Assembly: GCA_010356995.1 (NCBI GenBank)
Contig: ML996689.1
Coordinates: 824,691-888,690 of the forward strand
Reading direction: 5' to 3'
DNA length: 64,000 nt
Source of the DNA: Trichodelitschia bisporula
Taxonomy: Eukaryota
In this document: piece after piece, positions 1-9,693 of the stretch
Numbering within the stretch: the stretch's first letter is position 1
Layout: the number at the start of each line of letters is the position of its first letter
The notes under the pieces: generated by a model
Database searches by the model: none
Told to the model about the DNA's origin: nothing
What the model saw: only the letters and a program-made list of their open reading frames with translations
Program-made: the position numbers and the translations under genes

Positions 1-2085
1 TTCGCTGTCGGAAGACTCCAAGACCGGACGGTTCTTGCGGCGGCTCGGATCTACGTTGGATGATGAGTTCTTCGACGTCAAATTCTTGCGAGGCTTCGGT
101 GACTGAGCACGATCGGACGGGCGTTCGGTCAACTTGTGCGCGGGAGCTGCAACTGCTTGCGAACCTTCTGACGAACGCTTGCGCTTTGTCTTCGGTTTGC
201 GGTTTGTGTAGGCGTCGTAGTGCTTCCTGAGGAGCTCACGCTCGACTTGCCACTTCGGCCCACGGATCTGCTCAGAAAGCTCGAAGTAGGTCTTGCCATC
301 ACGAGTCTTGCGTGTCGGGTTGAAGTTGTCCTGTTCCAGAAGAAGCTTGATGACCTTGATATGTCCACGGCCGATGGCGGCAAGGAGAGGCGTTTCTTCG
401 TGTTGCATCGGGTCCGGGTCCTTTTCGAGGCTAGTGCCGGAAGCAAGCAAAAGGTTGAGAACATCGATATGTCCGCCACGCGCTGCAACAACTGCACACT
501 CGTTGTTCGGCGGAATACTGGACAGGAAGTGAGCAACTGCAACGGTGTCCCCTTTACGCGAGTAGTTTACGAGATTCTCGATTGACGGCTCGAGGTATAA
601 GAGGTCAGGCCGAGTCTTGTCCTCTGGAGAGACTGTCTGCGGATTATTCTCTGCAGGCTCGTCGTCGTCCTCGGTATCCACGTAATCGCGCATCGCCTTT
701 TGGAGCATAGCCTCAATCTCTTCTGCACCAGGTTTCTCGAAGTCAATCGCATCTATGGCACGCTTGCCGTTCTTGTTTTGATGATGGGGGTTCACTCCAC
801 TGTTGAGCAAGGCCTTGACTACCTCAACGTGGCGGTTCTCAACAGCATCGATGAGCGGGGTGTCACCCTCGTCCTTGGACTGACAGTCTTTCCGGCAGCC
901 TTTGCTGAGCAAAAACTCAACAATGTTAAGGTAGCCTTCGAGCGCAGCTTTCTGCAGGGGCGTAAAGCCGCCGTTGTCGGCTTGATCGAGTTCCTCCGGC
1001 ACCTGCTCGTAAGCCTTCTGTACTGCAGCCATGTCACCCTTTTCGCAGGCTCTGGCTAGCGGAGTCGACCCATATCTGTCAGCGCGTCTTGAAGGCATGG
1101 TTGATCGTGCTGGTGAAGCTATTGAAGCGCGATGTGAAGAGCGGGTCGGTTGGAGGCTGAGGAGCTGTGGGTATCGGGGTGATGAGGATTCCGAGGACGA
1201 GTCCGTCGGCCAGCTTGGTCGTTGGTCGTTGGCAGAAATCGTAGGGGTTTCCCTTCTCTTTTTGTGACTTGCACTATTTGGTGGTGGGAGGAGGTTTGAT
1301 TGCGCGGATGCAGAGCGCTTATGCGAGCGAACTGCGGGGGTCACGGGCGAAGAAGGTGATCGAATACGCTCCTTGCCGTGAGCACTGGATGCGCTCTTGG
1401 GTGTTGGATCCATTCGAGGCCGTTGCCGGGGAGGCTCGAGGTTTGACGGGCGGCGCGATTCGTCACGTTTGCGTTTGCGGTGTTCAGAGTTTGGCCGCTG
1501 CTTGTGGTCTGAGCCTGCACGCGCCGTTGAGCTCGAGATATCAACGGAGTCTCGGCGGGGTTGCGACGCAAGTCCGCTCTGCGTTGAGTGACTCTTCACC
1601 CGACCATTTCCATTTCCGTTTTTCAGAGAGTGTCCGTTGTCCCGTCTCTCCGCGCCGTTGCTCTTCCGTTCCTTTCGCTCAGCCGCATCTCCGTTGATGC
1701 TTGAGGTTCGACTGGGAGCGTTGCTCCGAGAGGGCTCCGACTTTGTACGCACTGATGGACTTGACGCCGGACCACCGCGGTCGATGCGCTCATGCCTCAT
1801 GATGCGCTTCTTCTCTGTCGTCTTGGGAGGCGCATGGTCGGAAAGGATGTCGGTCTCCGCATCCGACTCCTGGCCATGAGTACTAGCGGCGTCGCCATTC
1901 GCGCCATGTGCAGAAGAGAGAATCGACTCCTTCGCTTCACTTGGCGACGGAGACTTTGATGTCGAGTGGGTATCGGAGCGTCGCTCTGAAGGGCTTCGAG
2001 TCGACGAAGGAGGGTAGGGGCGAGGATTCGAGGCACTCTTGCCGTGTGACAAAGCGTTCGAGGCAGGGCCACTGCTGCTGGTCAT
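1..2085 (-). CDS. Ankyrin-repeat protein, Hos4-like subunit of the Set3 histone deacetylase complex (partial; continues beyond the window start)
   Basis: Frame from ATG at 2085 (MTSSSGPASN...QESDAETD) is open in the segments I translated and in phase with position 1. It is absent from the ORF track, consistent with no in-window stop. It encodes ankyrin repeats (YGSTPLARACEKGD, DNGGFTPLQKAALEGYLNIVEFLL, GDTPLIDAVENSHVEVVKALL, VAARGGHIDVLNLLL) after a long S/R-rich N-terminus, the layout of Pezizomycotina Hos4. Confidence 0.75.
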   Translation of the reverse strand, partial: MTSSSGPASNALSHGKSASNPRPYPPSSTRSPSERRSDTHSTSKSPSPSEAKESILSSAHGANGDAASTHGQESDAETDILSDHAPPKTTEKKRIMRHERIDRGGPASSPSVRTKSEPSRSNAPSRTSSINGDAAERKERKSNGAERRDNGHSLKNGNGNGRVKSHSTQSGLASQPRRDSVDISSSTARAGSDHKQRPNSEHRKRKRDESRRPSNLEPPRQRPRMDPTPKSASSAHGKERIRSPSSPVTPAVRSHKRSASAQSNLLPPPNSASHKKRRETPTISANDQRPSWPTDSSSESSSPRYPQLLSLQPTRSSHRASIASPARSTMPSRRADRYGSTPLARACEKGDMAAVQKAYEQVPEELDQADNGGFTPLQKAALEGYLNIVEFLLSKGCRKDCQSKDEGDTPLIDAVENRHVEVVKALLNSGVNPHHQNKNGKRAIDAIDFEKPGAEEIEAMLQKAMRDYVDTEDDDEPAENNPQTVSPEDKTRPDLLYLEPSIENLVNYSRKGDTVAVAHFLSSIPPNNECAVVAARGGHIDVLNLLLASGTSLEKDPDPMQHEETPLLAAIGRGHIKVIKLLLEQDNFNPTRKTRDGKTYFELSEQIRGPKWQVERELLRKHYDAYTNRKPKTKRKRSSEGSQAVAAPAHKLTERPSDRAQSPKPRKNLTSKNSSSNVDPSRRKNRPVLESSDSE

Positions 2086-3470
2086 CACGGGACAGTTAAG
2101 GGCGAAGTCTCCAGCCTCATGCTGGCCCTGGATCGAGAGAAATGAAGCAAGAGCCAGTTTAAGGGCTCAGGATGTCGCGAGATGGGATGCGCGAGTAACG
2201 TTCGGCGCCTGTCCGACTATGACGATGGAGCGCAGTGATGAGACGAGAACAGGGAATCGCGTCGCGTTGCGTCTCGTTAGCTGGGAGATGAAGAAGCGCT
2301 AATGAACGAGATCTGAATGAAAATACAGATGCGATGATGATGACGATAAATGTATAAGGCCAGAAGGCGACGTTGGTGCCTGGTGGACGATGGTTGGGAC
2401 GGGACGTTGGGTTGCCACGAACCGGTGTTGGTGACGAGGGCGCGAGTGGGTGACGGGTTGAAGTTGGCGGGAGCGATGGGGCTGAAGGGAAAGGAGACAG
2501 GGTGAAGAGGGGGTGTTGGGTGGCCTTGTTTTCGCGTGTGTCTGATGATATTCGTGGTCGCGTAGAAAGGGCGTTAAGAGATGAAGGCGGCGTTGAAGAG
2601 GCGACTGACGATGTGGTTTCTTTGGGAGAAGGGGAGGTGAGTAGGTTGAGTTGAGAGGAGAGAGGGAGAAGAGGAAGGGAAGGAGCGAAAGAGAGATCAG
2701 ACCAAGAGAATCAAGCGGTGCACGGGAAAGTGGCTCAACTCACCTACTGCAGGCATCTGCACTGCGCCCTCCAACCCTCTCTCTCACCAACCCTCCCACC
2801 CTTCTGCCTAAGCAGTAATGCAGTAATCTACTCTCGTCCACTCCCGGTCGCAGCAAAACACAACTGGAGAAGGAAGAGATTATGCACTCATGATTGGACA
2901 ATAGAAGCTCCAACACCCCTTCATGAGTTGCTGGGCTGGTAACAGGCCAAACTTTCCATCTCTCTAACGGGCGTGTTTAGTGGACCATCCCCTAATTTTC
3001 AGCGTCCCCCCCTCCTAGTTCGCGGCGCCCATCCCCTCCCCTCCGGGCCCTAGCGCAGTGCCACACTTTGTTCCCCGCCCTTGCCCTGGTGACAAGTTTA
3101 AAAGGCCCCCAAAGCCCTCCCACCTCCAGTTTGTTTGCATCGCTAGTTCCGCGCTCCTTGCTGCTGTGTCGCAATGGAAGAGAAATGTCATCGGACCGGT
3201 GCAGTATGTACAACCGGCCTCGTCTTCTAGCGTATTCCCTTTCTACTTATAACAGATCGCCGGGTCCATTCCTCGTCCTGGCGGATTGTGTTCCCTCCTT
3301 TGCCTAGTAAACAAACCCCCCTCCTCATCCCCGCTCACTAGGACTAAAAGAGACCACGCGATCATCTTTCCGCTTCCGAGCCAGGCCCTGTTCGCGCCTC
3401 CTCCCAAACAGCGGCACAGCGCTCTCTTTGTCCCGTGTCGTCACTACTTCGTCACTTAATGCTTAGGACC

Positions 3471-4511
3471 ATGGACGCCCTTTACGATCCCATTCTCCTC
3501 ACACGAGCCTTCTTCATCCTCGCCTCGGCAACGGTACATCTCCACAACCCACCAATACACCCATACTGAGCATCTGGCCCGTAGATTTTGCTCATTGCAT
3601 CCATACCCGCGCTCCATACACGCTTCGTCGTCTACGGTGCGCGCCAACACGATGTCGACAGCAGTAGAGACAAGTCCATATCGTTCGGCGAGACATCCGG
3701 CGACAAGACCACCGAGACGTCCGCCATAGACACCTTCCTAGACCATCTAGCAACCTACCGCGTCCCACACGCCTGGTTCACACACTTCTATCTCTTCTCG
3801 CTCGTCAACTCCGGCTTTTGGCTATGGCAACTCTACACCGAAGGTGCCGCAATCCGCTTCATAGCCGCCTACGTCGCCCTCCCGCCCGCAAGCGCGATGT
3901 ACAAAGAACAAGCCCTTCTCGCCGAATTACTCATCCTATTCACAAGCCTTCGACGTATCTATGAATGCATGGTGCTCGCCAAACCCTCCACCTCGCGCAT
4001 GTGGTGCCTACACTGGATCCTGGGAATGGCATTCTACGCCATCCTCCCCGTCGCCATCTGGCTCGAAGCCATCCGTACTTCCCCCGCCCCCACCCGAATC
4101 CCACCACATCTAACCAAGGCAGCATTCATCCAGCACCCAGACCCCTGGTCTCCCACCTTCCTCCTCCGCCTCACATCATGCACAGCCCTCTTCCTACTCG
4201 CTTCCCGCGCCCAACACGCCGTGCACAAGCACCTGTACGCACTCCCTCCAGGGCCCAATTACGTCCTCCCGACGCACCCCTACTTAGCACACACCCTAAC
4301 GCCGCACTATCTCGCCGAGTGTGCCGAGTACGCGGCGTTGGCACTATTGACGGCCCCAAGGGATGCGTGGATCAATCGCACTATGCTTGCTGCCGCGGTG
4401 TTCGTGTGCGTGAATCTGGGTGTTACGGCGAAGGGGACGAAGGAGTGGTATGTGAGGCGGTTTGGGAAGAGGGTCAAGGGGAGGGCGAGGATGGTGCCGT
4501 ATGTTTGGTAG
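3471..4511 (+). CDS. DFG10: Polyprenol/polyprenal reductase (steroid 5-alpha-reductase family, Dfg10/SRD5A3-like)
   Basis: ATG 3471, intron 3534-3584 and a probable in-frame intron 4075-4122. Motifs VPHAWFTHFY, RRIYEC, HWILGMAFY, PHYLAECAEY, VNLGVTA..TKEWY..RFG, RARMVPYVW. Confidence 0.85.
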
Positions 4512-4809
4512 TGCGAGACTGTTGGATGTAGTCGCAATGAGCTAGATGGCCTCATCGCTCATCGTCAAAATGTTGGAGAAATGATATCACAAATGCTACT
4601 CAGTTGCATGCACCTTGGCCAAGCCTCGAATCCTTATCGCTGCCACCGATCCGAGCCCGCCTATCAACCTGAAGGCTTGAATGCGGACGCAGATCTATCA
4701 CGCCCCATGCGATGCGTCAGCCACCTCACAACCGTTACGAAGCGAGTCACCAAAAAGAAGACTCTCTTGACGGTATCTCATTGTGCAAAATGCAAAAGAA
4801 AGAAAGAAC

Positions 4810-4906
4810 CTCCCCCGGGTGGGCTCGAACCACCAACCTCCTGATTTGCGGTTGTGTGGAACACACAGTAACAGTCAGACGCGCTAGCCAATTGCGCCAC
4901 GGAGGA
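4810..4906 (-). tRNA. tRNA-Asn(GUU) with a 23-nt intron (4846-4868)
   Basis: Reverse complement reads TCCTCCGTGGCGCAATTGGCTAGCGCGTCTGACTGTTA-[intron]-ATCAGGAGGTTGGTGGTTCGAGCCCACCCGGGGGAG. Acceptor stem, D arm, anticodon GTT, T-loop GTTCGAG and a T-rich Pol III terminator are all present. Confidence 0.95.
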
Positions 4907-6124
4907 TCTTTTCGATGGCGAAGAAAGCGCAGTTTAAAAATATGACCAAAAGAAAAGCTGGACAATGGATACTGGAAGGATGCCGTTTTGGGAGAGGCGA
5001 TGAGGAACGAACGCCGAAGTATCTTTGAGAATGACTGATCAAGTTTATAGCATCATTCTAGTTGATGCAGAAGTTACGCGATTATACAAATCCATCTGCT
5101 TGTGCTCTCTTCAGAAGCTTGTTGTGCTTGTCTGATACTGAGATGCCAAGCCTATGCTTATGGTAGAACATAAATGCAGAAGTTGAGGAAAGAGCTTCGA
5201 GTTCCAATGCGAAATGATAAGACAGAAGCCCTATAGGTATATAGTTATTCCTAAGCCATGCGGACCGCCAGACATCCACAAAGGCGGATGAACATTTCTG
5301 CATGCCCACTAATTCACCCGACACCTGAGCAAGCGGCTCCCAGACCTGCCCCTTTTGCAAGCAACACTTCATCAAAGACATCCATCATACACAGAAATCA
5401 CTCCACAACCCAGGGATTCCCTCCATGAACCTGGCTGGCTTATATATGCATTTACATAATGCACCCAATAAGCCCAATGATATACACAGGGGCTGTCCAA
5501 GCCGGAAAGGCCGAGATAAGTGGCGAATATCGTGAGGCTGTAAAGGACCAAGTTGCTAACATTCAGCAGATGGACTTATAAGTGAGATGGCACTGCCAGT
5601 CTCATGGTATTGCGCCACTATATATGGCCAATGTGGTATACTACCTGGCGACAACTTTATGATTGCGTCGTCGACACCTCGATGTCGGTACGGCCGGCCG
5701 GGTGCGCGCGTTGTGCATAAAGTGATGGGGCTGCGTGTCTGGTACGGAGTGCATAGATGTTGCATTGCTCAGGCAGTTCTGGATCACGGCTCTTTGCTTG
5801 CACGGTCTTGCGTAGCTGGTCCGCCGCGAGCGTGGGGATGATATGGTGGTCCGGCCGCGAGGCCGCGATGGAGATGATAGGAGTTCACGGGCGTTTGGAC
5901 TCCTGACCTCCCCTTCCTATATCGCCCACATAGACACTGGTGCACGGCGACCCCGTGAACTCCTCGATTATTAGCAGTGCTCATTGCAGCGACTTCTCTC
6001 GTCGTAAGTGTATACGGACCTTCTTCCAAAATTCTGTGTGGGGTTAAGGGTCAAATGACATCCTCAGCACAGTTTAGTGACGAAGGCAAAGCTAATTCGA
6101 AATTTCGACATCAGAAAGTTCAAG

Positions 6125-6618
6125 ATGATGTCCCCATTGATGCGTGTTGCTGTCAGCATGGCTCGCATAAATGCGGAGGCAGAGGACTATATAAAGAAGA
6201 AGAGGCGCAGCAAACTCGAGTGGCCCACAGGGGGCTACGACGGCGAGGACTACGGTAGTTTCCAAAGCGACCTCACAACGACTGGAAATACTTACCTCTA
6301 ACCCCTATAGGTCCCCTTGATCCTGAGCCTAAGATCATGTCGAATATTCGGCCTGACGCGCAGAAGGTGCTCTTCTCAGCGACGTTCCCGCGCATCATGG
6401 AGTCGATCGCGCGCAAGGCGCTCGAGGACCCGCTTCAGATCATTGTCGGTGGAAGCAGCGTTATGGTACCGGAAATCACACAGATTGTCGAGGTTCGGCC
6501 TGAGAACACCAAGTTTGTGCGCCTGCTTGAGTTGCTCGGCGAGCTGTACGACACGGACGAAGATCCGTGCACGTTAATCTTCGTTGACCGTCAGGGGGCG
6601 GCGGATGGCTTGCTTTAA
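6125..6618 (+). pseudogene. Truncated or internally deleted derivative of DEAD-box RNA helicase Prp5 (two exons)
   Basis: 6337-6618 encodes [37 protein letters not shown]...EITQIVEV...[13 protein letters not shown]...[15 protein letters not shown] (motif III SAT to motif IV LIFV, Prp5-type sequence). The Q, I, II, V and VI motifs are absent. Intron 6255-6310 (GTAGTT..CTAAC..TAG) joins an upstream exon in frame. Confidence 0.7.
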
Positions 6619-6858
6619 TGAGTTGCTGTCCAGCACTTAGGTCTCGGAGACTCCACCGCAGCATCACGCTCAGAAAGACCTTATGGGTCTCATCGCTCGG
6701 GCTCGGGCTCGCCCCGGTGCGAAGGCCGATGATGAATCGGCAAGTGCTATACCTCTTTCATTCCGGTTCAGCGGCGCTAACGGTTCCAGAGCGACGGGGA
6801 TGAACTTGTGGCGGACTGGCACAAGGACTCTGCGCGGAGCCTCAAGGAATATCGCACG

Positions 6859-7167
6859 ATGAAGGGGACTCCGCCGTCGGCCACCAAAGGCCTTCGGTCG
6901 ATGGTCCGTACCGTAGTGAGCCAGAGGCCGGTCGTAAATCCCATTGATGCCGCAGAGTCGCATCAGAGCCGGCACTCTAGAACTGGACACTCGTCAGATG
7001 GGTACGTATCTCGAGCGAAGCTTTGTACCTTTACTGACATGAATATCTCCAGTGGCGAGGCTCCTGAAGAGCAGCCCTCTGACGAGCAGCTTTCCAGCGA
7101 GCAGCCATCCAACAAGAAGAAGTCCAAGTTCAGGACCTGGCTCGGCAAGCTCAAAGGCCTATTCTAA
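6859..7167 (+). CDS. Small orphan protein with a basic amphipathic C-terminus (KKKSKFRTWLGKLKGLF)
   Basis: Open ORF containing a canonical 51-nt in-frame intron 7002-7052 (GTACGT..CTGAC..CAG). AATAAA lies downstream at about 7230. Confidence 0.4.
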   Translation: MKGTPPSATKGLRSMVRTVVSQRPVVNPIDAAESHQSRHSRTGHSSDGYVSRAKLCTFTDMNISSGEAPEEQPSDEQLSSEQPSNKKKSKFRTWLGKLKGLF

Positions 7168-7377
7168 ATATCCTCGAGGTAGACGGGGTTTGAGCCCAGT
7201 AGCGTCGCACATGTACGAGTATCATGCGGAATAAATAAGACATCAAGGAAACGGTAAAAACATCAAATGTGTAAGGTGTTGACTGTTCGTGAAAAATGTG
7301 AAAATTATAACGTCATGACTGCATTGGATAAGTATAAGCAGGGCAACTTCTGTGTACCGCGGATGCCCTCGTAGTAC

Positions 7378-8133
7378 TCAGCCAAGGGAATACGCCGTGA
7401 TCTCTGTAGGACAATGCTCGTCATCGATTTCGATCTTCTCAACCACATCCTTCGTATCATTCCACGGAACGGCAAAGAGACCTGAGTTGATCTGACACAT
7501 TCTGATCTCCGATATGTGGTCCTGGCGAGCGAAGTGGGAGACCTGTCGGAGCAGATCCTCCATTGCCGGACCGGTGTTCCGAAGGATCTCGTGAGGGGGA
7601 TCTTTATAACGACCAAAACGCGCGCTGGTAAAGAGACAACCAATGTAGTGTTTCCGACCAGTCTTCTCCAAGGGCGGAATTAGCTGTGCGGTTCCCAGGA
7701 GACTTTTCGGACTGCGCTGCTTGCAGTGGTTTACATGCGCACGGAAAGCATTTGGATACTTCTGTCGAAATGCCGCTGCAATCCCTGCGCCCCAGTTGCC
7801 GACACCGTTGCAGGCGTGGATGAGAACCGTTCCGTCAGGAGCATCGAACAGGTCGCCGACGATGTCGTTGATAACAACCTTCCGGGAAGTAACGGTCGAG
7901 TCTTGACGGCTCGCCTCCTTTTCAGGAGATTTCTCAGATTCATTCGTACTTCCTGGCTTCCCTGAGAGACTTTTATTGTCTTCAAGTTCAGATCCAGCGA
8001 CATTGTCTTGGTTCGCCTCTTTTGAAGCAGGTGGAGTCCCTGATGCTTCGGATGAGGAGGGCTTGCGCCAAAAATTGAGAGTGGTTTGTTTGAGAGGTTT
8101 CGTGATCCTATTGGCATTCCTGAACTGTGACAT
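7378..8133 (-). CDS. POA1: Macrodomain protein, Poa1/TARG1(OARD1)-like ADP-ribose 1''-phosphate phosphatase / ADP-ribosylhydrolase
   Basis: GDLFDAPDGTVLIHACNGVGNWGAGIAAAFRQKYP, IGCLFTS and CQINSGLFAVPW motifs; ATG at 8133. Confidence 0.85.
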   Translation of the reverse strand: MSQFRNANRITKPLKQTTLNFWRKPSSSEASGTPPASKEANQDNVAGSELEDNKSLSGKPGSTNESEKSPEKEASRQDSTVTSRKVVINDIVGDLFDAPDGTVLIHACNGVGNWGAGIAAAFRQKYPNAFRAHVNHCKQRSPKSLLGTAQLIPPLEKTGRKHYIGCLFTSARFGRYKDPPHEILRNTGPAMEDLLRQVSHFARQDHISEIRMCQINSGLFAVPWNDTKDVVEKIEIDDEHCPTEITAYSLG

Positions 8134-8432
8134 GTTGAATGACAGAGATGGGACTGTTAGGGTAAATATCAGAGCAGAGGGGAAAGGGCAGTGAAGCTGA
8201 AGCCTACACAACGTCTTGCGTGACGTTAAGTTGTACGGCTAGGCTGGTAAGTTCCGCCCGACCATTCAGGCCGCAGCAAACAACGCTGACCAGCTCGGCC
8301 CGGAAAAACCCGACCCGACGGCGGAATCCAAGGGACCAAGGATTGATTTGCACGACCTCACCACTCTCCAGCACAGCAAGCACACCCGCAGCTCCCCACC
8401 GCTCACGCGACGCCCCACGCACCCCTCTCAAC

Positions 8433-9330
8433 ATGCCGGCCCTCACATCCACGGCGAGCACGCTCGTCCGCAGCTGTGCGCGCCAGCAATTGCCCTCGGT
8501 CCTGCGCGCCTCGTCCGCTGTGGCCCAGAAACGCCACATATCCGAGGTCTCGCAGACTTCGTCTTTCGACAGCCCATTCAAGGCCCATCGCACTACGGAA
8601 ATCCCCAGCTTTGCGCACTACAAGTCTTCGGGCGGCGAGAATGGCGGCAAGCTGTTCCAGTACTTCATGGTTGGGACTATGGGTGCCGTCTCCGCTATGG
8701 GCGCGAAGGCGACTGTCCAAGGTGCGTCAATTGGGGTCAATTGGGCGAGCACGACCGTCCTATCTGTCTACAAGCCGCCCGGACTATTCGTTTACCCCTA
8801 GGCTAACTCGAGCAGACTTCCTGGTGAACATGTCTGCCTCGGCCGACGTCTTGGCGCAAGCCAAGGTCGAGGTTGATCTCGCTGCTATTCCCGAGGGCAA
8901 GAACGTGAGTTGGTTATAAGCCGGTGGGAGACACAGACACTGAGAAGTTGGCAGGTCATCATCAAGTGGCGTGGCAAGCCCGTGTTCATCCGCCATCGCA
9001 CCGCCGAGGAGATCCAGGAAGCCGAGGATACCAAGTGGGAGTCTCTGCGCGACCCCCAGCCCGACTCGGATCGCGTCCAGAAGCCCGAATGGTTGATTAT
9101 GCTTGGTTTGTCTTCCGCTGCGGAATTGGACCATACTGACTTTAACAGGCGTTTGCACGCATCTTGGGTGTGTGCCCATCGGCGAGGCTGGTGATTTCGG
9201 CGGTTGGTTCTGTCCTTGCCACGGTTCACATTACGACATCTCTGGGCGCATAAGAAAGGGACCCGCCCCGCTCAACCTTGAGGTCCCGGCATACAGCTTC
9301 CCCGAGGAGGAGTCGGTGGTCATTGGTTAA
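8433..9330 (+). CDS. RIP1: Ubiquinol-cytochrome c reductase Rieske iron-sulfur subunit
   Basis: Mitochondrial presequence, [34 protein letters not shown] and CPCHGSHYD. Three introns (8722-8815, about 8905-8954, about 9105-9148). Confidence 0.97.
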
Positions 9331-9693
9331 ATGCCAAGCCTAATACCGCTATACATTGTATTCATAGACGCGTGAAGAGGTAGGGCCGCCAATGGATGTG
9401 AGATAGAGGGTGTCATGCGCCTGTAAAAATTCGGGGTAGCGCTCAGCTCTGTCAATTGGATCTGCACTTCTGTCTGCTAAAACTGATATTCTATTTGCTA
9501 CATTTCCACGACTCATCGCCTTCTTCAGCGTTACGGCTGTGGCGCATATGGGCAATCATAAGACGGTCTCGAGTCCATAGCTAGTTCATTGAGGCATAAA
9601 AACTCCTAGTTGAACCCACAAGGAGCCGCCGTGTTCATGGGCTACTTACCGTCTACGGAACAATGAAGCTCGCGCGAAAAGTCGTACTTGAAC

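Noticed and set aside
9606..9649. GTAAGT donor in the ADE12 3' UTR
   Set aside because: There is no convincing branch site, and it cannot be supported without transcripts.
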